DNA from: a virus
Virus record (IMG/VR): IMGVR_UViG_3300010354_000067
Location: 10,050-74,049 of that record
Reading direction: 5' to 3' (one strand)
DNA: 64,000 bases
In this document: piece by piece, positions 1-10,900 of the stretch
How the letters are laid out: every line of letters begins with the position of its first letter
Numbering within the stretch: the first letter of the stretch is position 1
Notes under the pieces: generated by a model
What the model saw: only the letters and a program-made list of their open reading frames with translations
Told to the model about the DNA's origin: nothing
The model's database searches: none
Translations under genes and position numbers: made by a program

Positions 1-2
1 TA

Positions 3-233
3 ACTCGCGTTCTCGGTATTCCAGTTCTAGAAGTTCCTTACTACCCTGCTGATTATGTCGATTTGACATTCCCACAGAACCGTGTATGGGGCTTCCAGCG
101 CGATATCACAGTTAACCGTGAGTACAAGCCAAAGAAGGACACAATCGAATACACAGTATTCGTTCGCTTTGGTATCACTTGGGAAGAACTAGACGCAGTT
201 GCTTACGCAGATGCTGGTGCAGATCCTTCCTGA
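3..233 (+). CDS. Major capsid protein, C-terminal fragment (5' truncated)
   Basis: Manual translation TRVLGIPVLEVPYYPADYVDLTFPQNRVWGFQRDITVNREYKPKKDTIEYTVFVRFG...DPS*; HK97-like C-terminus; followed by a terminator and head-tail genes. Confidence 0.8.
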   Translation, partial: TRVLGIPVLEVPYYPADYVDLTFPQNRVWGFQRDITVNREYKPKKDTIEYTVFVRFGITWEELDAVAYADAGADPS

Positions 234-254
234 TAACTAAATAACCACATGTTT

Positions 255-285
255 GTGGGGGGCTGGCCTTAAACCAGTCCCCCTC
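255..285 (+). terminator. Hairpin terminator after capsid gene
   Basis: GGGGGGCTGG-loop-CCAGTCCCCC inverted repeat. Confidence 0.65.
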
Positions 286-296
286 AAGCATATTCT

Positions 297-305
297 GATA
301 TAATT
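297..305 (+). promoter_or_regulatory. Extended -10 promoter TGATATAAT (putative late class)
   Basis: Same TGnTATAAT motif without TTGACA at 4195, 20294, 20759, 24236, 34911, 37528, 43304 and (-) 49158; variants at 3391, 4926, 23418. Confidence 0.7.
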
Positions 306-328
306 ACAATGAGGAAAGGTTAATAACT

Positions 329-772
329 ATGTCGGATTTTTCTACAATGACGGTCGCTCAACTTAAATCATATGCAGATGATAATGATATTGACTTGGGA
401 GATGCAAAGAGAAAGTCAGAGATTCTTGGAATTATTAATGGATTTACTGTAAAGGTAGAAGAGCAGAAGATTATCGGATCAGATAAGATTGTTACAGAAA
501 AGAGAATCCCAAAGTCTGCAACAAAGGCAGATGAAAATGGAATTATGACAACAGCAACTGCTGATAATTTTAAGGATAAGACTTTTTCAAAGTCTGAGCC
601 AGATAATTCAAAGACAGCAATTCATTCAGAAAAGAACCTTCACTGGAATGGCGTTGGATCTTTAAAGAAGGGTTACAATATTGTTACAAAGGAGGTAGCC
701 GAAAAGTGGCTTACTCGCAGGGGTATTCGTCAAGCAACTCCTGAAGAAGTAGCGTCATATTACGGTCTATAA
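329..772 (+). CDS. Head-associated protein with Rho-N/HeH-like N-terminal helix pair
   Basis: MTVAQLKSYA...KRKSEIL motif; directly after capsid gene. Confidence 0.5.
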   Translation: MSDFSTMTVAQLKSYADDNDIDLGDAKRKSEILGIINGFTVKVEEQKIIGSDKIVTEKRIPKSATKADENGIMTTATADNFKDKTFSKSEPDNSKTAIHSEKNLHWNGVGSLKKGYNIVTKEVAEKWLTRRGIRQATPEEVASYYGL

Positions 773-773
773 A

Positions 774-1736
774 ATGGATATATTACGTCAAACACCATTT
801 CCATTGCAGGTTTCATATGATGGATTTGCAAATAACACAGACTATGCTCTAGAAATTTATGACGATCACACAAATTTGGTTGAATCATATGTCGTAACCT
901 CTAATGGTTCTGGAGTAATTACTTACGATCTTGTTGGAGATTTTGAAAAGTTTGACGATACATACTCTCTTTATATTTATACCCTTGATCTTAATGATGA
1001 ACCAGATGAAACAGTTCTCATTGACAATCTTTATATTTATAGGCCATACATAAATCCTCTTTCACTAGCAGATACCCCAGGAGAAGAAGAAGAGTATATT
1101 AATTTAGAAAAAACAGCGAGACAAATAATAGATACCCTGGTGGGTGGATTCTATTATCAAAGGGGAGAAGTAGAAACCGTTGGTTTGGGTGCAGACTATT
1201 TAGCATTACCAAGAAGAGCAAATAAAATAAACAGTGTATATGAAAATAACGTAAAGGTATATGACAGAATAGATCCAATTGACGGACAGTATACATATGT
1301 TATTTCTCCTGATAAGAGTGCAATGACTATCCAAGTAACTGGAACAGAGTCCTACAATCGTATGCAGGGTAAGTCTGTTCATCTACCAGTCGCAGCATCT
1401 GATTCCTTTATGCTTTATGGAGATGACTATGATGCCGTAACTGCCCTGACAGAAATCAGGGGGGCAGCAATGTTTCCAAAGGACTGGGACTACACTGTTT
1501 ATGGAGAGTGGGGTTGGCCCGTAGTACCGCAGGATATTAGAGATGCAACAAAGATGCTTATCAATGATATCAAGTGCAATAATCTTTCATATGTAAACAA
1601 GTATATAACAGAATATCAAACTGATCAGTTCAGAATAAAGTATTCAGATCTTTCTCTGAAGGGAACTGGCAATCTAATTGTTGACAGAATTTTAGAAAAT
1701 TATACAATTCCCATTTATAAAATAGGAGTGTTATAA
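774..1736 (+). CDS. Head-to-tail adaptor
   Basis: Synteny; C-terminal YGEWGWPVVPQDIRDATKML adaptor-like motif. Confidence 0.65.
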   Translation: MDILRQTPFPLQVSYDGFANNTDYALEIYDDHTNLVESYVVTSNGSGVITYDLVGDFEKFDDTYSLYIYTLDLNDEPDETVLIDNLYIYRPYINPLSLADTPGEEEEYINLEKTARQIIDTLVGGFYYQRGEVETVGLGADYLALPRRANKINSVYENNVKVYDRIDPIDGQYTYVISPDKSAMTIQVTGTESYNRMQGKSVHLPVAASDSFMLYGDDYDAVTALTEIRGAAMFPKDWDYTVYGEWGWPVVPQDIRDATKMLINDIKCNNLSYVNKYITEYQTDQFRIKYSDLSLKGTGNLIVDRILENYTIPIYKIGVL

Positions 1737-2186
1737 ATGCTATGCTGTCACGAGACACTGTTTTCAATGAAGATGGACATATATTATGCAACAGAGTCTC
1801 AGGACAGATTTGGTAAAGAGGTAAAGACTTGGGAGTTTGACAGATCTTTGCTTGGTTATGCAGAAATTCTTGGATCAGTAAGTAAGGATGGACTTAAGGC
1901 ATCACAATTTTTTGAATATGAAGGAAAATTGATCGGTAGATCAAAGCAAGATCCCAGAGTATCTATTGAAGGAATAAACTATCCAATAACAAGCATAATT
2001 ATTACTGATATTAGAGATGCTGGAACTGATACACAGTTTTATACAGAGTCATATGGCGAAAGAGCGGGAGAGTCAACTATCTTTGAAATAATGGCAGTTG
2101 AGCCATACGTTAATCCATGGAACCAAATTGAATACTATAAGATATTATTCAATAGATCTGATAAGCAGGTGATTGTCAGTGATTAA
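1737..2186 (+). CDS. Head closure/stopper protein
   Basis: Size, synteny, QDRFGKEVKTW motif. Confidence 0.55.
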   Translation: MLCCHETLFSMKMDIYYATESQDRFGKEVKTWEFDRSLLGYAEILGSVSKDGLKASQFFEYEGKLIGRSKQDPRVSIEGINYPITSIIITDIRDAGTDTQFYTESYGERAGESTIFEIMAVEPYVNPWNQIEYYKILFNRSDKQVIVSD

Positions 2187-2859
2187 AACAAACTTCGACA
2201 CACGAAACCTAAGCAAAATTTTAGGCAATACAGTAAAGTATTCAAATGGTTTTATTGATGGAATAAATATTTCTCAAACAAATTTTAATAAAGATTTAGG
2301 AAACTTTATCAAAGATGCTTTGAATAAATATATTGATGCAAAAGCCAGATCAAATCCAGAATCCTTTCATCACATATACGAATGGGAAATGACTGGTCAG
2401 CCAAATGGCAGACTATTTGATTTTTCAATTTCTTATACAAAAAATTTAATAAAGTTTACTGGTAAACTGCTTCCATCTAGAACCCCCTCCCCTAACTCTG
2501 GAGATGTTTTTAGGGATAAAGCAACAATTATGGAAGACTCGGTTACAATAACTATTGAACCAAAAGATGCAAATGTTTTGGTTTTCGAAAATGATGGGGA
2601 AACAATTTTTACATCGGCTTCAGTCACCATAGAAAATCCAGGAGGGGCAGAAGTTGGTGGTAGTTTTGAAAATGCAATACAAGATTTTTTCAATAATTAT
2701 ATTAGTGCTGGACTATTAAGGGGATCTGGAATTTTTGATAAACTTGGATATCCAAGAGAATACTTACAAAAATTTTCTCAAGGAACAAAATACGGTAAAA
2801 ATCCAGGCATCGTTGCTGGTAAAGAATATCTAAACATAAGGGGAATTGGTATAGAATGA
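2173..2859 (+). CDS. Neck/tail completion protein (putative)
   Basis: Synteny between stopper and tail terminator. Confidence 0.45.
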   Translation: MSVIKTNFDTRNLSKILGNTVKYSNGFIDGINISQTNFNKDLGNFIKDALNKYIDAKARSNPESFHHIYEWEMTGQPNGRLFDFSISYTKNLIKFTGKLLPSRTPSPNSGDVFRDKATIMEDSVTITIEPKDANVLVFENDGETIFTSASVTIENPGGAEVGGSFENAIQDFFNNYISAGLLRGSGIFDKLGYPREYLQKFSQGTKYGKNPGIVAGKEYLNIRGIGIE

Positions 2860-3383
2860 GTTTTGCTGACTTAGGAGTAGCACCACTTGCAGTAAATGGT
2901 TATTTGTGGGATACTATGAAGGCAATTGAACCTACTCTTCAAAATAAGTATAAAACAAAAGTTCCAATTTTTCCTCTTAGTGATCAGGCATCGGGAACAA
3001 AGTCTTGGGAAAACAAGACGTATATCATTTATGATAGAATGTTTAAACTTGGTGGTGGACCATTTTATCCAAAGAAGAAAGAGCAACTTCTTTATTATGT
3101 TAAAGGAAATGAAGAAGATACCTTTTTGTGGGGGGCAGCATTACAAACTATTTTAGATAGAATGGACGATGCTGGAAAAGATATTAATCAGTGGATTAGG
3201 GAAAATGGTGGAAACGATGCTTTTCCAGTATTCTTTCATTATTTGAGAATTTATCAAACAGATTCATCAATTTCATCATCCTCTGAAATGAAACGAGACT
3301 TCTCCTCTAGAGCATACTATATAACAGAATTTGTTATTGATATATGTTATCACTATACAAAGTCCCTTGAAGACTATTTATAA
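2856..3383 (+). CDS. Tail terminator (putative)
   Basis: Synteny immediately before major tail gene. Confidence 0.5.
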   Translation: MSFADLGVAPLAVNGYLWDTMKAIEPTLQNKYKTKVPIFPLSDQASGTKSWENKTYIIYDRMFKLGGGPFYPKKKEQLLYYVKGNEEDTFLWGAALQTILDRMDDAGKDINQWIRENGGNDAFPVFFHYLRIYQTDSSISSSSEMKRDFSSRAYYITEFVIDICYHYTKSLEDYL

Positions 3384-3459
3384 AAAGTCCTGTATAATAG
3401 GAAATGAGGAAACACCCCATAGTTAACACAAATAACTATGGAAGTAGAGGTGAAAAAGT

Positions 3460-4140
3460 ATGGCATATACACGCGGAGATTCTAAGAACATTATTGTTGG
3501 CGCAGCCGCAATGTTCGTTTCAACAGGAGCAGAGTTTGATCCAGATACAGTAGTCTTCCCAGACTTTGTTGAGGACGATTCTTACCTTGACACTCTTACT
3601 GATTCAGTAGAGGGTCAGGCTCTCGTTCGTAACATTGGCTTCACAACCAATGGTCTTGAGTTGCAGTTCCAGCCAGATTTTGGTGAGGTGCAGGTAGACC
3701 AGTTGCTTGACGTTGCAAAGTTGTACAAGCAGGGTATGCAGGTTAACCTTGCTACAGCATTCGCAGAGGCAACTCTTGAGAACCTTCTTGTTGCAATCGC
3801 AGCACCATCAGGTGACTATGATGCAAGCGTCACATTGGACAGCCCAATGGACACAGGAACAATTTCTCAGGCTTCAACACTTGAACTAACATCAGGTGCT
3901 ATTGGAGAATGTCCTGTAGAGCGTGGACTCGTTGCAGTAGGCCCAGGCACAGGTGACTGTGATCCTAACGCCTACATTGAGCGTATCTACGTTGCATACC
4001 GTGCGCTGTCAATTGACAACGTAACAGTATCAGCAAAGCGCGACGAGGCCTCAATGTTTGAGGTTTCATTCCGTTTGCTTCCTGCAAACAATGGCTCATA
4101 TGGAAAGATTGTTGACCGCACAGTCAACAGCACTACCTGA
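3460..4140 (+). CDS. Major tail tube protein
   Basis: NIIVGAA...IGFTTNGLELQFQPDFGEVQVDQ; strong RBS; followed by terminator and chaperone. Confidence 0.85.
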   Translation: MAYTRGDSKNIIVGAAAMFVSTGAEFDPDTVVFPDFVEDDSYLDTLTDSVEGQALVRNIGFTTNGLELQFQPDFGEVQVDQLLDVAKLYKQGMQVNLATAFAEATLENLLVAIAAPSGDYDASVTLDSPMDTGTISQASTLELTSGAIGECPVERGLVAVGPGTGDCDPNAYIERIYVAYRALSIDNVTVSAKRDEASMFEVSFRLLPANNGSYGKIVDRTVNSTT

Positions 4141-4164
4141 TAAAAAATAACTTAATAGTCGATT

Positions 4165-4190
4165 GCCCCTCTGGAAACAGGGGGGCTTTC
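4165..4190 (+). terminator. Intrinsic terminator
   Basis: GCCCCTCTG-GAAA-CAGGGGGGC-TTTC. Confidence 0.75.
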
Positions 4191-4230
4191 GTCATGCTAT
4201 AATTGTGTAACCAAAAAGAAAGGATAAATT

Positions 4231-4566
4231 ATGGCAACGTCAGTTTATGAAACATCTGAAATTGAACTTTTGGATGGTACAAAGATTAAGATGCGACCAC
4301 TGAAGATTTCTCTTCTTCGTGAATTTATGAAGAAGTTTGAGGGTATTGCAAAGGTTTCAGAAAGCAATGATAAGTCAATGGATATTCTTATTGATTGTGT
4401 TCAAATTGCTATGAAGCAGTATGCGCCAGATCTTTCTACAGATCGTGAAAGACTTGAGGACAATATTGATCTTCCAAGTGTATATAAGGTAGTAGAGGCA
4501 GCATCGGGAATCAAGTTTGATGACGAGGGAAACGCACAGGCGACGGGGATTCGTGGTCAGATCTAG
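4231..4566 (+). CDS. Tail assembly chaperone (gpG-like)
   Basis: Between tail tube and tape measure; slippery heptamer near 3' end. Confidence 0.8.
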   Translation: MATSVYETSEIELLDGTKIKMRPLKISLLREFMKKFEGIAKVSESNDKSMDILIDCVQIAMKQYAPDLSTDRERLEDNIDLPSVYKVVEAASGIKFDDEGNAQATGIRGQI

Positions 4567-4925
4567 ATCTTGCTGATCTAGAGTCTAAAGCGTTCCTACT
4601 TGGAATCTGGAAAGATTTTTCAGAATTAGAAGATTCTGTTTCTATGCCAGAACTTGTTGCAATCCTCGTCGCTAAGTCAGAAAAAGATAATCAAGATAGA
4701 AAGTTTTTTGCTGCTCTCCAAGGGGTTGATCTTGATAAGAATTCTGGATCTAATTCTCAGAAAAAATGGGAAGATCTAAAAGCAAGAGCCTTTAGCAAGG
4801 GTTCTGTTACAGACTCTAATGATATAGTTTCACTCCAAGGGCAGACCGCAAAGCAAAAGGGTTTCGGCATAGGTAGAGGACTTGAATATTCAAATGCCAA
4901 CACACTTAAAAACCCATTTGGTTAG
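4527..4925 (+). CDS. Tail assembly chaperone -1 frameshift extension (gpGT-like)
   Basis: G GGA AAC at 4527-4533; the -1 frame is open (GKRTGDGDSWSDLDLADLESKAFLLGIWKDFSELEDSVS) into ORF 4644-4925. Confidence 0.8.
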   Translation, partial: GKRTGDGDSWSDLDLADLESKAFLLGIWKDFSELEDSVSMPELVAILVAKSEKDNQDRKFFAALQGVDLDKNSGSNSQKKWEDLKARAFSKGSVTDSNDIVSLQGQTAKQKGFGIGRGLEYSNANTLKNPFG

Positions 4926-4952
4926 TGTATAATTATATAGAGGTGCAGACCC

Positions 4953-7900
4953 TTGGCTGATAATGTAAATGCAAATATTAGAGTTGATTTAGACACCTCT
5001 GATGCGCTTGCGTCCCTAAGAAATCTTCAAAATCAAATATCTTTATTTAATAAATCTGTTATACAAAGCAATGCTACAGCCGTGGCAGCGCAAAAGAGTA
5101 TGCTGTCTACGCTTTCTGCCCAAATTGATTCAACAAGACAATTTACCGCATCAATGGTAAATGTTGAAACTAGTGTTTCAAGACTTGGTAGGACAATTGA
5201 TAAAAATAAACTATCTCTTGGTGAATATTTTAGATATGGTGTGGCCTCAAGTAAAAGTTTTGGCAGGGTGTTTGGAAGAGAACACACTGCAATTATGGAA
5301 CTTGCAGCAGATAGAGTAAAAAGACTACAAACCCAGTACGTTGCTATGGGTCAAGCACAAAATGGTGTAATGAAGGCAATGGCTATTAGGCCAATGAACT
5401 TGTTCAATGCAGATGCCGCAGTAGCCATACAAAGACAACAAATTTTTAACAAACTTCTTCATGATGGAAGCACAAGCCTTATCAACTTTGGTAAAAATAC
5501 TCAGTGGGCTGGCCGACAACTTATGGTCGGCTTTACTGTACCCTTGACAATTTTTGGAGGAATGGCTGGAAAAATTTTCATGGATCTGGAAAGGCAAATT
5601 GTAAACTTCCGTAGGGTTTATGGAGATGCTACTACACCTCTAGAAGAAACAAATGGAATGATTTTGCAAATTCAAGAACTTGCAAAAGAATTTACAAAAT
5701 ATGGTATTGCTGTAAGGGATACCATTGCTCTTGCTTCAGACGCTGCTGCCGCTGGCGCACAAGGAAAAGATCTTCTTGCTGCAACGGCTGAGGCAACCAG
5801 GTTGTCTACACTGGGCATGATTGATCAGCAACAAGCGCTTACAGCAACCATTGCTCTTCAGTCAGCATTTGGACTAAGTGCTGAAAAACTTGCTGAATCA
5901 GTAAACTTCTTGAACGCAGTAGAAAACCAAACGGTTGTGTCTCTTGCAGATATTACTGAGGCAATTCCTAAAGTTGCTCCAGTTATCAAGGGCTTGGGCG
6001 GAGATGTTGAAGACCTTGCAGTATTCATGGCAGCACTTAGAGAGGGTGGTGTAACGGCGGCAGAAGGAGCAAACGCACTAAAGTCTGGTTTAGCATCACT
6101 TATTAATCCAACAAAGAATGCAAGGGAGCAACTTGCAAAAGTAGGAATTAATATTGATGCAATACTAAAGACTAATAAGGGTGATATACAAGGAACAGTA
6201 AGAGCATTTGGGGATGCATTAATGACCCTTGGTAAATTTGAGCGTCAGCAAACATTGGCTAAAGTTTTTGGAAAATATCAGTTTGCTAGACTTGGTGCAT
6301 TATTTGAAAATATTTCTAGAGATGCATCACAGGCACAAAGAGTAGTAGATCTTACAGGAATGAGTGTCGAAGAACTAGGAAATCTTGCAGAGAAAGAACT
6401 CGGTGCTATTGAAGAATCCATTGGGGTTAAGTTTACGGGTGCTGTAGAAAGACTTAAACTTGCAATTGCTCCAATAGGAGAAGCGTTTTTAAGAGTTGCT
6501 ACGCCAATAATTGAATTTGCTACAAAGTTAGCAGAAAAATTTAATGAACTTGGTCCAAATGTTAAAAATTTTGTCGTTGTTCTTGCTGCTGGTCTAGGAG
6601 TTGTAGTTCCAACAATAATCATGCTTATAGGTTTGTTTGCTAACTTTGCAGGAAATGCTGTAAAGGGTTTGTCATTAATGAATAACTTCTTTAATAGATT
6701 AAAGGGGGGCGCTGGAACTCTTGATTATTTAAGTGGCGAACAACTTGATGCCGCTGCTGCTGCTGCTTCACTAGAGGGCCAAACATCATCCCTTACTGGG
6801 GCGCTTAACGTACAAAGAAACGCCGTAGACCAACTTGCTAAATCATATGGAAGATATATTACTGCTGCTCAAGCAGCCGCATCCAATTTACCTCAAGGAT
6901 TTCGTGGACCAGCAAAAAGAATGGCATCTGGGGGATTAGTTAGTGGATCAGGAAACAAAGATACTGAGCCAGCCTTGTTAACACCTGGGGAATTTGTTAT
7001 GAACCGTGGTGCCACAGAAAAATTTGGCCCAATTCTTGATGCAATGAATCGTGGAACAGTTAAGGGACTTCAAGAAGGAAGCAGATCTTCAAAGCAATCT
7101 GGTGCCGCATCTAGACAATTTAAGTCGGGTGCTTTTGTACTCAGAGGACTTGGAGCAAATATTGGGGCAGGCGGTGCTGGATCAGGAATTCTATCAGATA
7201 TCCTTGGAGTTAGTGCTAGAAGCATTGCTGATGTAACATCGCTATTTGTTTCAGAAATTTCTCAATCTGCTGGAGTAACAGTAAGTGCAATAAACAAGGA
7301 AATTAAGGCTTGGCAACAGCAAAATAGATCATATCTTGAGCAATTAAATAGACAACTTGCAGATGCAATCATCAATAATGATGTAAAAGAGCAACAGAGA
7401 TTGCTTGACGAAGCAAATTCAAAATTTGTTGCAGACATGAAGAGGTCTAGTGGACCACTTTCTAAATTTGCAACCGAAGCAGAAAGAAGATATCCAGAGT
7501 TAAGTGCTGATCTAGAAAATACTCAAAGAATTATTAGAAGCACTAAACTAAACTTGTCTGATGCAAATCAATCTGCACAGTTTTTTGAAGAAAATATGAA
7601 AAAAACTGCTCTTCTTTCAAAACTAGGAAAACCAGGAACATATCAACCACAAGCAAGAGTTGCATCTGGAGCATTGCCATTTTTTGGTTCAGGCATAGGA
7701 ATGGGTATTCCAGCACAACTTATTGATCCTAGAGTTAGGGCAACAGCAGGAAGAGAAACTTCCATGGGCCTATCTGCTGCACAATCTGCTGCACTTTATA
7801 GAGCAGGAACATCTGCTGAGCATGTTATGAAAACTCCTCAACAAGTAGCAAAAGAGGCAAGAACGCTAGCCGTTGTTGCTTCAAAATCAGCAGGAGGCAC

Positions 7901-10900
7901 AATAATAAAAGAAATGCAAAAGGCTTCTGTTCGTGCAGGAAGCGTAATTGGTCCTAGTGTCATGAGAGGTGCTAGTGCTGCATCACCCCCACCATGGTCA
8001 ACACAACTTGGTATGTGGATTGGCGAAGGCATTCAGCAAGGAATGACAACAAGCCTAGCAGACGTTTCTGCAAGACTAAAGCAACAAATGACTGGTCCAA
8101 ATAGAGGATTTTTGCTTCCTGCGGGACCATCATCTCCTTTCCCTCAGGGAAACATAAATGCTCCAATGAACAATATGTCAAATCAAACAAATCAGGCTGC
8201 TGGAGCAATGGCAAAAGTAAAGGTGGCAGCAGGAAATCTAGGAAGATCTTTGATGAAGGGTGGAGGCAAACTTAGTGGGGCAATGTTTGCCCTTGATGGC
8301 CTTGTGTTTGGCCTTTCTATGATGGATAATAGTATCGGTCAGTTTGCTCAAAATATTATGCCAGTGGTTTTCGGTTTACATGGACTAAAAATGGTTCTTC
8401 CCCTATTGGCTTCACCTGTTGGCCTTCTTGTGGGTGCTCTTGCTGCACTAACAGCAGTCGTTATTGTTGGTAGAAATAGAATTGAGGAAGCCCTTGATGA
8501 AGCAGTAAATCGTGGAAAAGAAGCAGCAACGTCAATGAAGGATGTTGCAAGTATTGGAAAAATATTTGGAAAGTCCTTAAGAACTTTAAATGTTCAAAAA
8601 ATAGGTTTTCAAACAGCACAAAAAACAAGGGCACAAGAATATTTTGCAACAGAAGAAGGTGCCGCTCAAATATCTGCTCTTTCTGAACAAAGAGCAACAA
8701 TGGGTAGGGAAAAGTTTACTTTATCAATGGCACAAGATATTGCAACAGCAGCAATAACACAGGGACTTTCTGGAAAACAAATTGATGCATATATAAGTGC
8801 TGTAGCAGAAAAATTAAACGATAAGCAACTTTACTACAATTTAAGGGGGGAATTGGTAGAACTTCTTGATCCAGAAAACAAAGAAGATATATTAAAGAAT
8901 GGTCTATTAATTAAAGTAAAGGCTGAAACAGCAACAGAATTTTTGAAGGAATCAATGCAAATTCCAAAAACAACACTTGATCAATTAAGAGCAGATATTG
9001 GACAAATTTATCGTGAGGCTACACCTAAAGGTGTTATGGAAACAGCAGTTTCAGAAGCAGATAGGCTTGCTCAAGAAATTCAAAAATTAGAGCAGGAAAG
9101 AGTTGATTTAGCAAATGCAATAGCAGAAGAGGGTCCAGGCGGTCCAGCAGAAACAAGATGGAAAGAATTGACATATATTATTATTCCAGAATTAACAAGA
9201 CAAATGAATTCTGCATCAAGAGAAATAAATTATAATAACGTTGAACTTGAAGATAGAGCAATGGCACTAGAAAATGCTACTAAGTGGGGAGCAATTTTTG
9301 GAGAAAAACTATCTTTGTCAAATCAATTTTTAGCGTATCAGAAACAACTACTTGATAGCGGAAAAATAAAACAAAAAGAATATAATAAGCAGATGGCAGA
9401 AGCAAATAAAGTAATTGCACAAAATACTGTGTCAATGAAGCAAGCAGCGAAATCTCTACAGGGACTTGAGGATGGCGGAGAAGCACTGGGTGCTTTTATG
9501 AAGCAATTAGGGGATCAAATATTCGCAGGTTTAGACGAAGAGTTACGAACAAAGATTTCTGATGCACTAGCATCTATTAAAGATGTTTCCGCGTCTATTG
9601 ATCTACAAGTTGCATATGCTCAAGGAAGTATAACTACACAAGATTTAATAGATTTATCTTCTGTTGTTGATTCTTTTCCACCATTTGCAAGAACAGATTT
9701 AATTATTGCATACGGTAAAGGTTCGCTTACATCTGAAGAATTAGTCTATATAAAAGATAATGCAGATGCACTCGTTGGACTTGATGGAACACAAATTGAT
9801 TTCTTAATTTCTGTTAGTGGTCTAGATAATATGATAGCCGCTATAAATCTTATGAAACAAGTTAATGCATTAGGACCAATTACTGATGCAAACTTTATGC
9901 AATATTCTGCATTGCAAAATCAATTGTCTGCCTTAGCAAAGGATATTCCACAGCCCACCATGGGAGACACAGGAGATGATGGCCCGAAGCCACCACCACC
10001 TCCCCCAGGCGGTGACGGAGAAAAGACAAAATCTTGGCTTGAACAACTTATAGCAGACACTGAAGCAACATTATCTTTATTGCCAGGAATGATTAATAAG
10101 ATAAAGAGCAAATATCCTAATATTCCTGTACAAATTCTTGAGGCTATTGGAGTTGGAGAAGAGGGACAAAAAAGGGCGCAGGAAGTTCTTAACATGTCTG
10201 CTAATAAATTTAAAGAATTTATGGCAAAATACAGAGAAAGTTTAATCAGAACATCACAAAGTGCCTTGGGCATAAAAGTTGCTCAGAGGGAACAACAAGA
10301 TTTGGCAAAAATGCAGTTGCAGCAAACCACAGTTGATGGAAGAAAAGTTGAAAAACAAGTTATTGAAGATATTCTTCAAGACGAAGGAGCAATTGCTGCA
10401 ATTCTTTCTAATAATGTAAAAAAGATTAATGAATATGTCCGTGAATACAGAAAGTTGCAAGAAGAGCAAGATCCTGTAAAAGAAAAAATTGAAGAAATTA
10501 CAAAAGAAAATGAAAAAATTATAAAAGCAATTGATAAGCAAATTAAAAAGCAGCAAGATGTTGTAAAGGTAATTCAAGATCAAATTGATGCTCTTGAAAA
10601 GAAGAACGAAGAGGATCAGTGGTCTATTCGTGGCAAAGAAAGAGAAAAAGAACTTATTGATAGGCAGATCGAATCTCTTGAGCGTGCCAACGAAATGGAT
10701 CAAAGGCGTATAGATGTTCTTCAAAGACAAGATGAGTTGCGTAATAGAGAGGCAGATGCTTTAAATTATGAATTAGATGCAATGTCCTCTATTGAAGAAA
10801 AAATTAAAGAAACATATCAACAAAGAATAGACGCCCTTGATAAAGTAACTCAACTTAATGATCATATTCTTCAGCAGGAAAGACAGAGACTTGGACTTTC

